24,000 nt of DNA from Beutenbergia cavernae DSM 12333 (lineage in GTDB: Bacteria > Actinomycetota > Actinomycetes > Actinomycetales > Beutenbergiaceae): positions 2,023,025 through 2,047,024 of the forward strand of contig NC_012669.1 in NCBI RefSeq assembly GCF_000023105.1, read 5' to 3'. The notes below the pieces were generated by a model. The model did not search any database. It was not told the DNA's origin and saw only the letters and a program-made list of their open reading frames with translations. Positions 15,943 through 24,000 of this stretch are shown piece after piece. Numbering within the stretch: position 1 is the stretch's first letter; every line of letters begins with the position of its first letter. A program made the position numbers and the translations under genes.

Positions 15943-17136
15943 GTGACCACTCTGCGACTCGGGCCGCTCGCGCTCGGCACGCCCGTCGTGCTCGCCCCCA
16001 TGGCGGGCGTGACGAACGCGCCGTTCCGCGCGCTCTGCCGTGCCGCGGGCCGGGACGGCCTGGGCGCCGACGCGTCGTCCGACGTGCTGGCCAGCGACGC
16101 TCCCGAGGGGCTGTACGTCTCCGAGATGGTGACGTCGCGGGCACTCGTCGAGCGGACGCCGGAGTCCATGCGGATCATCACCGCCGCTCCCGACGAGCGG
16201 GTGCGCAGCGTGCAGCTCTACGGCGTCGACCCCGCCACCGTTCGCCTCGCGGCGCGCATGCTCGTCACCGAGGACCGCGCCGACCACATCGACCTCAACT
16301 TCGGGTGCCCCGTGCCGAAGGTGACCCGCAAGGGTGGCGGCGCCGTCCTGCCGTGGAAACGCGACCTGTTCGCCGCCATCGTGCGCGCCGCCGTCGACGA
16401 GGCGGCGCCGTCGGGCGTGCCCGTGACGGTGAAGATGCGGATGGGCATCGACGACGACCACCTCACCTACCTCGACGCCGGCCTGCTCGCGCAGGAGGCC
16501 GGAGCCGCGTGGGTGGCGCTGCACGCCCGGACGGCCGAGCAGTACTACTCCGGCGAGGCGCGGTGGGAGGCGATCGCGCGGCTCAAGGAGACGGTCACCG
16601 ACGTCCCGGTCCTGGGCAACGGCGACATCTGGTCCGCGGAGGACGCGCTCGCGATGGTGCAGCAGACCGGGTGCGACGGCGTCGTCGTCGGCCGCGGCTG
16701 CCAGGGCCGACCGTGGCTGTTCACGGACCTGGTGGCCGGGTTCGCCGGCTCGGCTCGGAGGGTGCGGCCCGGCCTGGCCGACGTCGCGGCGACGTTCCGG
16801 CGCCACGCGGAGCTCATGGTCGATCACTTCGGCGAGGAGGAGCGTGCCCTGCGCGAGCTGCGCAAGCACGCGTCCTGGTACCTCAAGGGTTACGTCGTGG
16901 GCGGCGAGGCGCGCGCCGCGCTCGGTCTGGTGTCGTCGCTCGCCGAGCTGGACGACAGGCTCGCCGCGCTCGACCTCGACCAGGCGTACCCGGGCGAGGG
17001 CGCCGAGGGGCCGCGCGGCCGGGCGGGGTCGCCGAAGGCGCCCAGCGTGCCGGCAGGCTGGCTCGACTCGCGCGACGTCGACGCCGAGCTGCGCGCGATG
17101 CTCGCGGAGGCGGAGCTGAGCGTCTCAGGGGGCTGA
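15943..17136 (+). CDS. dus: tRNA-dihydrouridine synthase (Dus family)
   Basis: GTG at 15943 follows gggagaa. Motifs LAPMAGVTNAPFRALCR, IDLNFGCPVPKVTRKGGGAVLPW, VTVKMRMG, LHARTAEQYYSGEARWEAI, VLGNGDI and GVVVGRGCQGRPWLF are present. The rest of the 720-aa ORF 14974..17136 upstream is rejected. Confidence 0.88.
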   Translation: MTTLRLGPLALGTPVVLAPMAGVTNAPFRALCRAAGRDGLGADASSDVLASDAPEGLYVSEMVTSRALVERTPESMRIITAAPDERVRSVQLYGVDPATVRLAARMLVTEDRADHIDLNFGCPVPKVTRKGGGAVLPWKRDLFAAIVRAAVDEAAPSGVPVTVKMRMGIDDDHLTYLDAGLLAQEAGAAWVALHARTAEQYYSGEARWEAIARLKETVTDVPVLGNGDIWSAEDALAMVQQTGCDGVVVGRGCQGRPWLFTDLVAGFAGSARRVRPGLADVAATFRRHAELMVDHFGEEERALRELRKHASWYLKGYVVGGEARAALGLVSSLAELDDRLAALDLDQAYPGEGAEGPRGRAGSPKAPSVPAGWLDSRDVDAELRAMLAEAELSVSGG

Positions 17137-17171
17137 GTCCCGGCGTCCGCCTACCCGGGGGCGAGCGGAGC

Positions 17172-18209
17172 TCACGACGGCGGGGCCGCCTTGGGCACCG
17201 GGCCGGTGGACCCGCGCACGATGAGCTCCGGGTCGAAGAGCAGCTCGGGCCGGGCGGGGGATCCGGCGATCTCCGCGAGGAGCGTGTTCACAGCGGCCTG
17301 GCTCATCGCCTCGACCGGCTGCCGCAGCGTGGTGAGCGGCGGGTCGGTGAACGGCATCAGCGGTGAGTCGTCGTAGCCGATCACCGAGACGTCCTCGGGA
17401 ACACGCAGCCCGGCAGACCGCACGGCCCGGATCGCGCCGAGCGCCATGAGGTCGGAGCCGCAGACGATGGCCGTGTACCCCTCCCGGACGAGCTCGCGCC
17501 CCGCTGCCTGGCCGCCCTCCACGGTGAACAGCGTGGTGCGGACGTGCTCCTCGCCGTCGTCGGTCCCGACGTGATCGGCGAGCGCCTTGATGAACCCGTC
17601 CCGCTTGAGGACCGCCGGCAGCAGCCGTGAGGGTCCGATCGCGAGCGCGATCCGGGTGTGCCCGAGCGAGACGAGGTGACGCACCGCCAGGTGCATGCTG
17701 AGGCGCTCGTCGGCGGACACGGCCGAGGCGTCGAGCCGCTCGGGCTTCCCGTTGACGAGGACGAACGGCACGCCGCGGGTGTGCAGCCGTTCGTAGCGAT
17801 CGACCGGGGCCTGGGTGTCGGCGTGCAGCCCGGAGACGAAGACGATGCCGGCGGCGTCCGCGGCGAGCAGCGTCTCGACGTACTCGTCCTCGGTCGCGCC
17901 GCTCGAGGTCTGCGTACAGAGCATCGGCGTGTAGCCGTGGTGCGCGAGCACCGTCTCGATCGACTGGGCGAACGCCGGGAACACCGGGTTGGTGAGCTCC
18001 GGCAGGACCAGGCCGACGAGCCCGGCGGACGTCGCCTCGGGCAGGCGGGTGCGTTCGTAGCCGAGGAGGTCGAGCGCCTCGTAGACGGCGCGCCGCGTCT
18101 CCTCCGCGACGCCCGGTTTGCGGTTGAGGACGCGCGACACGGTGGCCGTGCTGACCCCGGCTTGTTCGGCCAGGTCCTTGAGCCGGGTTCGCGTGGTGGA
18201 ACCAGCCAC
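17172..18209 (-). CDS. LacI family transcriptional regulator (MalR-like by context)
   Basis: The GTG (cac at 18207-18209) has GAGGAGGAGG upstream. The N-terminal HTH is TRLKDLAEQAGVSTATVSRVLNRKPGVAEETRRAVYEALDLLGYE, followed by a periplasmic-binding-protein-like sugar-binding core. The gene is divergent from malEFG. Confidence 0.9.
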   Translation of the reverse strand: MAGSTTRTRLKDLAEQAGVSTATVSRVLNRKPGVAEETRRAVYEALDLLGYERTRLPEATSAGLVGLVLPELTNPVFPAFAQSIETVLAHHGYTPMLCTQTSSGATEDEYVETLLAADAAGIVFVSGLHADTQAPVDRYERLHTRGVPFVLVNGKPERLDASAVSADERLSMHLAVRHLVSLGHTRIALAIGPSRLLPAVLKRDGFIKALADHVGTDDGEEHVRTTLFTVEGGQAAGRELVREGYTAIVCGSDLMALGAIRAVRSAGLRVPEDVSVIGYDDSPLMPFTDPPLTTLRQPVEAMSQAAVNTLLAEIAGSPARPELLFDPELIVRGSTGPVPKAAPPS

Positions 18210-18268
18210 GGCACCTCCTCCTCGTCGTCGGCGTCATCGGTGCAGGGCGAGACTACGCCGTGAAAAGC

Positions 18269-18300
18269 GTTGCTGGAACGTTACCGCAACAACTTGCAAG
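18269..18300. promoter_or_regulatory. Candidate LacI-family operator(s) in the regulator/malE divergent region
   Basis: gttgcTGGAACGTTACCgcaac (18269-18290) is an imperfect 22-bp palindrome. Its core TGGAACGTTACC matches the LacI-type TGnAACGTTnCA half-site arrangement at 11 of 12 positions. It is followed by the perfect palindrome CTTGCAAG at 18293-18300. This is a locally AT-enriched patch. Confidence 0.4.
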
Positions 18301-18382
18301 AACGCCAGACGCGCGGTTACGGTCGCCACCACAGGGTCGGAGCGGACTTCGGCCGGACGTCACACTCGTTGGGAGACACACG

Positions 18383-19624
18383 ATGCGACGGAGCATCCCG
18401 TTCGCCGCGCTCGCCGTGAGCGCCGCTCTCGTCCTGACCGCCTGCGGAGGCAGCGCGGGCAGCGGCGAGGAAGAGACACCGGAGGCGACCGAGTCGGCTC
18501 CCGCTGCCGACGGCGGCACGATCACCGTCTGGGTCGACGAGACCCGCCAGGCCGCCGTCGAGGAGGCCGCCGCCGTCTTCGAGGAGGAGACCGGCGCCAC
18601 GGTCGAGCTCGTCCTGAAGAACTTCGAGGACATCCGCACGGACTTCCTCGCCCAGGTGCCCACCGGCGAGGGCCCCGACATCACGGTCGGCGCGCACGAC
18701 TGGCTCGGCGAGCTCACGGCCAACGGCGTCGTCGCCCCGATCGAGATCGGCGACATGGCGGGCGAGTTCGAGCCCGTCTCGATCGAGGCCTTCACGCAGG
18801 ACGGCCAGGTGTACGGGCTGCCGTACGCCGTCGAGAACATCGCGCTCATCCGGAACACGGCGCTCGCGCCCGAGGCTCCCGCCAGCTGGGACGACGCCGT
18901 CGCCGCCGGCACCGCCGCGGGGACCCAGTTCCCCCTCCTGATCCAGGTCAGCGAGGAGGGCGACCCGTACACGATGTACCCGTTGCAGACCTCGTTCGGG
19001 GCGGGCGTGTTCGAGCAGAACGACGACGGCACGTACGCCCCGGAGCTCGCGCTCGGCGGGGAGCCGGGCAACGCGTTCGCCGGGTGGCTCGCGGAGCAGG
19101 GTGCGGCCGGCGTGCTCGACACGGCAGTGACGTACGACATCGCGGTCGCCGCGTTCGCGGCGGGCGACTCGCCGTTCATCATCGGCGGCCCCTGGATGAT
19201 CGAGAGCTTCCCGGGTCTCGACCTCGCGATCGACCCGATCCCGAGCGCCGGCGGCGAACCCGCTCGGCCGTTCGTCGGCGTGGCCGGCTTCTACCTCAGC
19301 GCGCAGAGCGAGAACGCGATCCTCGCGAACGACTTCCTCGTCAACTACATGTCGACCGAGGAGGCCCAGCTCGCGCTGTACGAGGCGGGCAACCGGCCGC
19401 CGGCCCTGACGGCCGCCGCCGACGTCGCGTCCGAGGACCCCGTCACCGACGGCTTCCGTGCCGTCGGGGCGGACGCCTTCCCGATGCCGTCGATCCCCGA
19501 GATGGCCTCCGTGTGGGAGTTCTGGGGCGTGACCGAGGCCGGCATCATCAGCGGCTCCCTCGAGCCCACCGCCGGCTGGGAGAAGATGGTCACCGACATC
19601 CAGGGCGCGCTCGACGCCGCCTGA
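18383..19624 (+). CDS. malE: Maltose/maltodextrin ABC transporter substrate-binding lipoprotein
   Basis: ATG at 18383 follows gggaga. Lipoprotein signal AALVLTAC|GG. The pattern ITVWVDETRQAAVEEAAAVFEEETGATVELV...VPTGEGPDITVGAHDWLGELTANGVVAPIE...YGLPYAVENIALIRN parallels E. coli MalE. Confidence 0.85.
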   Translation: MRRSIPFAALAVSAALVLTACGGSAGSGEEETPEATESAPAADGGTITVWVDETRQAAVEEAAAVFEEETGATVELVLKNFEDIRTDFLAQVPTGEGPDITVGAHDWLGELTANGVVAPIEIGDMAGEFEPVSIEAFTQDGQVYGLPYAVENIALIRNTALAPEAPASWDDAVAAGTAAGTQFPLLIQVSEEGDPYTMYPLQTSFGAGVFEQNDDGTYAPELALGGEPGNAFAGWLAEQGAAGVLDTAVTYDIAVAAFAAGDSPFIIGGPWMIESFPGLDLAIDPIPSAGGEPARPFVGVAGFYLSAQSENAILANDFLVNYMSTEEAQLALYEAGNRPPALTAAADVASEDPVTDGFRAVGADAFPMPSIPEMASVWEFWGVTEAGIISGSLEPTAGWEKMVTDIQGALDAA

Positions 19625-19629
19625 CGCCG

Positions 19630-19661
19630 CGGCGCGGCGCGGGAACTCCCGCGCCGCGCCG
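19630..19661 (+). other. Intercistronic GC-rich hairpin between malE and malF (14-15 bp perfect stem)
   Basis: ggcgcggcgcggga (19631-19644) and tcccgcgccgcgcc (19647-19660) are perfect reverse complements and begin 6 nt after the malE stop. No U-tract follows. A second small hairpin, gggcac-N6-gtgccc, lies at 19674-19691. Confidence 0.55.
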
Positions 19662-19736
19662 TCGCCGCCCGCCGGGCACACGTCCGTGCCCAGCGCCACC
19701 GTCCGTCAGCACCCGTCGTCGTCGCCGGAGGTGTCC

Positions 19737-21341
19737 GTGAGCTCGCAGCTCACCACGCAGCGGGTCGAACCCGAGCCCGCCGAGAGCCCGCGCACCTCGC
19801 ACGCGCGGACGTGGTCCGCCGGCTTCCTCGCGAAGCTGGCGCTGCTCGCCGTCGTCGACGCCTTCGGCGTCTACGTGGTGCTCGCCGCCTGGAACGAGCG
19901 GTCGTTCGGGATCCTGTGGTCCATGGTCGCCCTGCTGGCGGCGGCGAACTACGTGTACTTCTCCAAGCGTGCGCTCGCGCTGAAGTACATCCTCCCGGGA
20001 CTGGCCTTCCTGCTCGTCTTCCAGATCTACGTCGTCTTCTACACGGGCTACGTCGCGTTCACGAACTACGGGGACGGGCACAACTCGACCAAGGAGCAGG
20101 CGGTCGAGGCCTTGCTCGTCCAGAACGAGCGGCGGGTGGAGGGCTCCGAGTCGTTCCCGCTCGTCGTCGTGTCCGACGGCGGCGAGCTCGGTTTCGCGAT
20201 CGTCGACGCCGACGGCGACGTCGAGGCCGGTACGGCGGACCGGCCGCTCGCCGGCGTCGACGACGCGTCGGTCGACGACGGCGTCATCACCGCCGTCCCC
20301 GGCTTCGAGCTGGTGGACCGGCAGGGGGTGCTCGAGCGCCAGGACGAGGTCACGGCGCTGCGCGTCCCGGTCTCCGACGACGCCGAGGACGGGTCGATCC
20401 GCACGACCGACGCGCGCACCGGGTACGTCTACGAGTCGGTCCTCGTGTACGACGAGGCCGCCGACACGATGACCGACACCACCACGGGCGTCGTCTACGC
20501 ACCGAACGACGACGGCCAGTTCGAGGCCGAGGACGGCAGCACGCTCGCCGTCGGGTGGCGGGTCGTCGTCGGCTTCGACAACTTCGTGACGGCGTTCGGA
20601 GACGCGCGGTACGCCCAGCCGTTCGTCGCGATCCTGCTGTGGACGTTCGCGTTCGCGATCCTCAGCGTCCTCACCACGTTCCTGCTCGGCCTGTTCCTCG
20701 CGATCACGTTCAACGAGGACCGGCTCCGGGGACGCAGGATCTACCGGACGCTGATGATCCTGCCGTACGCGCTCCCGCCGTTCCTCGCCGCCCTCATCTG
20801 GTCGGGCCTGCTCAACCGGAGGTTCGGCTTCATCAACGAGGTGCTCCTGGGCGGCGCCGAGATCCCGTGGCTCACCGACCCGACGCTCGCGAAGCTGGCG
20901 ATCCTCGGCGTCAACCTGTGGCTCGGGTTCCCGTACATGTTCCTCATCTGCACGGGCGCTCTGCAGGCGATCCCCGGCGACGTGCTCGAGGCCGCACAGA
21001 TCGACGGCGCGGGCCGGGTGCGGACGTGGCGCTCCGTGGTCCTGCCGCTGCTGCTCGTCGCGACGGCGCCGTTGCTGATCTCCTCGTTCGCGTTCAACTT
21101 CAACAACTTCACGCTGGTCTACATGCTCACCGGCGGCGGGCCGAGGTTCGCCGACGCGTCGGTGCCGCTCGGGCACACGGACATCCTCATCACGATGGTC
21201 TACTCGATCTCCGGGATCGACGGGAACGCGCCACGCAACTACGGACTCGCGAGCGCCCTGTCGATCGTCATCTTCGTCATCGTCGGCACGATCTCCGCGA
21301 TCGCGTTCCGGCGGACCCGGTCGCTGGAGGACATCAACTGA
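19737..21341 (+). CDS. malF: Maltose/maltodextrin ABC transporter permease MalF type (with large extracytoplasmic P2-like loop)
   Basis: GTG at 19737 has GGAGG 6 nt upstream; the ORF track start at 19686 is an alternative. A loop of roughly 180 aa lies between early TMs (GDGHNSTKEQAVE...GFDNFVTAFGD). The EAA-type motif is VLEAAQIDGAGRVRTWRSVVLPLL. Confidence 0.85.
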   Translation: MSSQLTTQRVEPEPAESPRTSHARTWSAGFLAKLALLAVVDAFGVYVVLAAWNERSFGILWSMVALLAAANYVYFSKRALALKYILPGLAFLLVFQIYVVFYTGYVAFTNYGDGHNSTKEQAVEALLVQNERRVEGSESFPLVVVSDGGELGFAIVDADGDVEAGTADRPLAGVDDASVDDGVITAVPGFELVDRQGVLERQDEVTALRVPVSDDAEDGSIRTTDARTGYVYESVLVYDEAADTMTDTTTGVVYAPNDDGQFEAEDGSTLAVGWRVVVGFDNFVTAFGDARYAQPFVAILLWTFAFAILSVLTTFLLGLFLAITFNEDRLRGRRIYRTLMILPYALPPFLAALIWSGLLNRRFGFINEVLLGGAEIPWLTDPTLAKLAILGVNLWLGFPYMFLICTGALQAIPGDVLEAAQIDGAGRVRTWRSVVLPLLLVATAPLLISSFAFNFNNFTLVYMLTGGGPRFADASVPLGHTDILITMVYSISGIDGNAPRNYGLASALSIVIFVIVGTISAIAFRRTRSLEDIN

Positions 21342-21342
21342 C

Positions 21343-22245
21343 ATGGCCACGCAGACCGCGACCCCGTCCACCCGCCGCGCCGCGCCGGTCCGCCGCGGCT
21401 CGTTCGGCCGGTGGGCGGCCGACCTGGGCTGGCGGCACCTCGTCGGCGTGATCTTCGTCGTGTTCGCCGCGTTCCCGCTCGTCTACGTCGTCTCCGCGTC
21501 CCTCGCGCCGGGGGGCACGCTCACGGGCTCGAACGCGCTGTTCGCCGCCGTGGACTCGGCCAACTATGCGGACCTCGGAGCCACGGCGTTCTGGACCTGG
21601 TTCGGCAACACGATGATGATCGCCGTCGTCACGAGCCTCGGCACGGTCCTCATGGGCGCCGCCGCGGCGTACGCGTTCTCCCGGTTCCGCTTCTCGGGAC
21701 GACGCGTCGGGCTGACGTCCCTCCTCGTGGTCCAGATGTTCCCGCAGATGCTCGCGTTCGTGGCGATCTTCCTGCTGCTGCTCGGGCTGGGGAACGTCGT
21801 GCCGGCGCTCGGCCTCAACAGCAGGGTCGCGCTGATCTGCGTGTACCTCGGCGGAGCGCTCGGAGTGAACACGTTCCTCATGTACGGGTTCTTCAACACG
21901 GTGCCCAAGGAGCTGGACGAGGCGGCGAAGATCGACGGTGCCACCCACGCCCAGATCTACTGGACGATCATCCTGCGGCTCGTCGTGCCGATCCTCGCGG
22001 TGGTCGGTCTGCTGTCGTTCATCTCGACGTTCAGCGAGTTCATCGTGGCGCGGATCGTGCTGCAGTCGGAGAGCAACTGGACGCTCGCCGTCGGGCTCTA
22101 CAGCTGGGTGTCGTCGCAGCTCGACGCGAACTGGGGACTCTTCGCGGCGGGCGCGGTGATCTCAGCGATCCCCGTGCTCGTGCTGTTCCTGTTCCTGCAG
22201 AAGTACATCGTGGGCGGGCTGACCGCCGGCTCCGTCAAGGGCTGA
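21343..22245 (+). CDS. malG: Maltose/maltodextrin ABC transporter permease MalG type
   Basis: ATG lies 1 nt after the malF stop. The EAA motif ELDEAAKIDGATHAQIYWTIILRLVVPIL is present. The C-terminus ...QKYIVGGLTAGSVKG parallels the E. coli MalG C-terminus. Confidence 0.9.
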   Translation: MATQTATPSTRRAAPVRRGSFGRWAADLGWRHLVGVIFVVFAAFPLVYVVSASLAPGGTLTGSNALFAAVDSANYADLGATAFWTWFGNTMMIAVVTSLGTVLMGAAAAYAFSRFRFSGRRVGLTSLLVVQMFPQMLAFVAIFLLLLGLGNVVPALGLNSRVALICVYLGGALGVNTFLMYGFFNTVPKELDEAAKIDGATHAQIYWTIILRLVVPILAVVGLLSFISTFSEFIVARIVLQSESNWTLAVGLYSWVSSQLDANWGLFAAGAVISAIPVLVLFLFLQKYIVGGLTAGSVKG

Positions 22246-22282
22246 CGCGCCGGCGAGGGGATCCCGACGGCGGTCGCGCCGC

Positions 22283-22570
22283 TCAGGCGGAGGCCGCCTC
22301 CGGGCGCGCGTACCGGTCGCGCGAGCGCGCGATCAGCTTCTCGCGCTCGACGTCGCGATCCTTCGGGGGCGCCGTCGTCACGAGGGCGTCGAGCAGGTGC
22401 TGGGTCACGTGGGCGATCTCGACCACGGCGTGGTCGAACGCCTCGGCGTTCGCCTTCGACGGCTTGGTGGTCCCGGCGATCTTGCGCACGAACTGCAGCG
22501 CGGCGTCGTGCACCTCGTCGGAGGTGGCGGGCGGGGCGAAGTTGTGGAGGGTCCGGATGTTGCGGCACAT
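22283..22570 (-). CDS. DUF2277 domain-containing small protein
   Basis: ATG (cat at 22568-22570). MCRNIRTLHNFAPPATSDEVHDAALQFVRKIAGTTKPSKANAEAFDHAVVEIAHVTQHLLDALVTTAPPKDRDVE matches my recollection of the conserved actinobacterial DUF2277 family. The rest of ORF 22283..22990 is rejected. Confidence 0.75.
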   Translation of the reverse strand: MCRNIRTLHNFAPPATSDEVHDAALQFVRKIAGTTKPSKANAEAFDHAVVEIAHVTQHLLDALVTTAPPKDRDVEREKLIARSRDRYARPEAASA

Positions 22571-22611
22571 GTCCAGCACGATAGGCCTGGCCGGCCCGAC
22601 TTCGCGAGGGG

Positions 22612-24000
22612 TCAGTCCGGTCCGATCGGGGATCGTTCGAGGGCGGCCTCGGTCAGCCGCGCCCACACGGTGACGTCCGACGGGAGGTGCCGGACGCCGT
22701 CGTCGTCGGTGAGGATCTCGGCGCTGGCGAGGAGGATCTCGATCCCGGCCGGCAGGGGCTGCGGGCGCGGGCCGAGGTTCGTGGCGACGACGACGTCGCG
22801 GTTCACGAGGACCACGGCCGTCTCGTGGGCGTCTGCGGGCAGGCCCTCGACCCAGGCGAGCGAGCCGGTTCCGAGGCGGTAGTCGCGCCGCAGACGCAGC
22901 GCCTCCCGGTACAGCTCGTACGTCGAGCCCGCCACGCCCTTCTGGGCGTCGAGGGCGTAGGCGGACCACGAGTCCGGCTGCGGCAGCCACGCCGCACCCG
23001 TGGGGGAGAAGCCGAGAGCCGGGGCGTCAGCCGCCCACGGCAGCGGGACCCGGCACCCGTCCCGGCCGCGGTCCGCGCCGGCGGAGCGGGAGAACGCCGG
23101 GTCCTGGCGGAGGGCGTCGTCGAGCGTCGTGTGCTCCGGCAGCCCCAGCTCCTCGCCCTGGTACAGGTAGGCCGATCCGGGCAGGGCGAGCATCAGCAGA
23201 GCTGCCGCCCGGGCGCGGCGCAGGCCGAGGGCCTCGTCCGGCTGCGGGTCGCCGGGGCCGATCGGTGCCGCCTTGCCGCCGGGGTGCGGCAGACCGAGCC
23301 GGGACGCGTGCCGGACCACGTCGTGGTTCGACAGGACCCAGGTGGTCGGTGCCCCGACGACGTCGTTGGCGCGCACCGAGTCCTCGACGACCTCGCGCAG
23401 CTGCGGCGCGAACCAGTGGGTCGTGAGGAACGCGAAGTTGAACGCCTGGTGCATCTCGCCGTCGCGGACGTACCGCGCCAGCCGGGACAGGGGAGACACC
23501 CACGCCTCGGCGACGAGCACGCGGTCGCCGTCGTAGCCCTCGAGCACCTCCCGCCACTCGCGGTAGATCTCGTGGACGCCCTCCTGGTCCCACATCGGCC
23601 CCGCGGCGCCGACCTCGGGCTCCGCGTCGGTGTCCGGCTCAGGTGCCTGCTGGTGCTCGTCCTCCGCGATCATCGCCGAGTGCCCGGCCCAGTCCGGCAG
23701 GCCGTCCTGCTTGACCATGCCGTGCGCGACGTCGACGCGGAAGCCGTCCACCCCGCGGTCGAGCCAGAACCGCAGGACCGAGACGAACTCGGCACGCACG
23801 CCGGGATCGGCCCAGTTGAGGTCGGGCTGCCGCGAGTCGAACAGGTGCAGGTACCACTGCCCGGGCTCGCCGTCCGCACCTCGGCTCCGCGTCCAGGCGG
23901 GGCCGCCGAACACGCTCGTCCAGTTGTTCGGCGGTTCGCTTCCGCCGTCGCCGCGTCCGTCAGCGAAGTGGTACCGCGCCCGCTCGGGCGAGCCAGGGGG
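22612..24000 (-). CDS. GH13 alpha-glucosidase / oligo-1,6-glucosidase family enzyme (N-terminus beyond the window end)
   Basis: The frame stays open to position 24000: ...YHFADGRGDGGSEPPNNWTSVFGGPAWTR...WYLHLFDSRQPDLNWADPGVRAEFVSVLRFWLDRGVDGFRVDVAHGMVK.... This includes GH13 conserved region II (GFRVDVAH). FLTTHW and YQGEELG motifs lie downstream. Stop TGA at 22612-22614. Confidence 0.9.
   Translation of the reverse strand, partial: PPGSPERARYHFADGRGDGGSEPPNNWTSVFGGPAWTRSRGADGEPGQWYLHLFDSRQPDLNWADPGVRAEFVSVLRFWLDRGVDGFRVDVAHGMVKQDGLPDWAGHSAMIAEDEHQQAPEPDTDAEPEVGAAGPMWDQEGVHEIYREWREVLEGYDGDRVLVAEAWVSPLSRLARYVRDGEMHQAFNFAFLTTHWFAPQLREVVEDSVRANDVVGAPTTWVLSNHDVVRHASRLGLPHPGGKAAPIGPGDPQPDEALGLRRARAAALLMLALPGSAYLYQGEELGLPEHTTLDDALRQDPAFSRSAGADRGRDGCRVPLPWAADAPALGFSPTGAAWLPQPDSWSAYALDAQKGVAGSTYELYREALRLRRDYRLGTGSLAWVEGLPADAHETAVVLVNRDVVVATNLGPRPQPLPAGIEILLASAEILTDDDGVRHLPSDVTVWARLTEAALERSPIGPD

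Noticed and set aside
1-24000. Search for CRISPR arrays, tRNA/rRNA genes, IS elements, integrases, toxin-antitoxin pairs or defence-system genes.
   Set aside because: No spaced direct-repeat arrays occur and there are no low-GC islands. No ORF has transposase, integrase, nuclease or NTPase defence-type signatures. All gaps are 210 nt or shorter and are accounted for by promoters, leaders or hairpins.

Overview
Very high-GC, tightly packed chromosomal core region that looks actinobacterial (Micrococcales-like); gene content and order partly match the mycobacterial recO-uppS...zur-glyS neighbourhood. I call 22 complete CDS plus two CDS cut by the window edges (2..145 and 22612..24000). Left to right: the 3' end of an unknown gene; a 4-TM membrane protein with a C-terminal FHA domain; leuA with a structured leader; a riboflavin-synthase-like gene 2 nt after leuA; recO and uppS (GTGA overlap); a small VOC/glyoxalase-fold protein convergent with a RibD_C/DHFR-family protein; a Tat-signal GHL10 (YngK-like) glycoside-hydrolase-like protein. 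On the minus strand sits a five-gene, start/stop-overlapping operon, znuA-znuC-znuB-zur-dedA, with candidate Zur boxes upstream. It is divergent from glyQS, which is followed by a YibE/F membrane protein. Next come a double-hotdog thioesterase-like gene, a tRNA-dihydrouridine synthase, and a maltose/maltodextrin cluster: a LacI-family regulator divergent from malE-malF-malG, then a convergent GH13 alpha-glucosidase (5'-truncated by the window end) and a DUF2277 gene. I saw no tRNA/rRNA genes, CRISPR arrays, transposases, integrases or phage genes. I found no convincing novel multi-gene system, because every gap is short and nearly all genes belong to recognisable families. The most unusual non-genic signal is a near-perfect 70-bp composite palindrome at 14980..15049, made of four copies of an 11-mer, which supplies the stop codon and about the last 21 codons of the YibE/F gene. 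Other points worth follow-up are a possible leaderless Leu-codon uORF/attenuator before leuA, a dedA gene translationally coupled to zur, tandem Zur boxes over a possible leaderless znuA promoter, and a malE-malF intercistronic hairpin. The many long ORFs antisense to or out of frame with these genes are treated as high-GC shadow ORFs.
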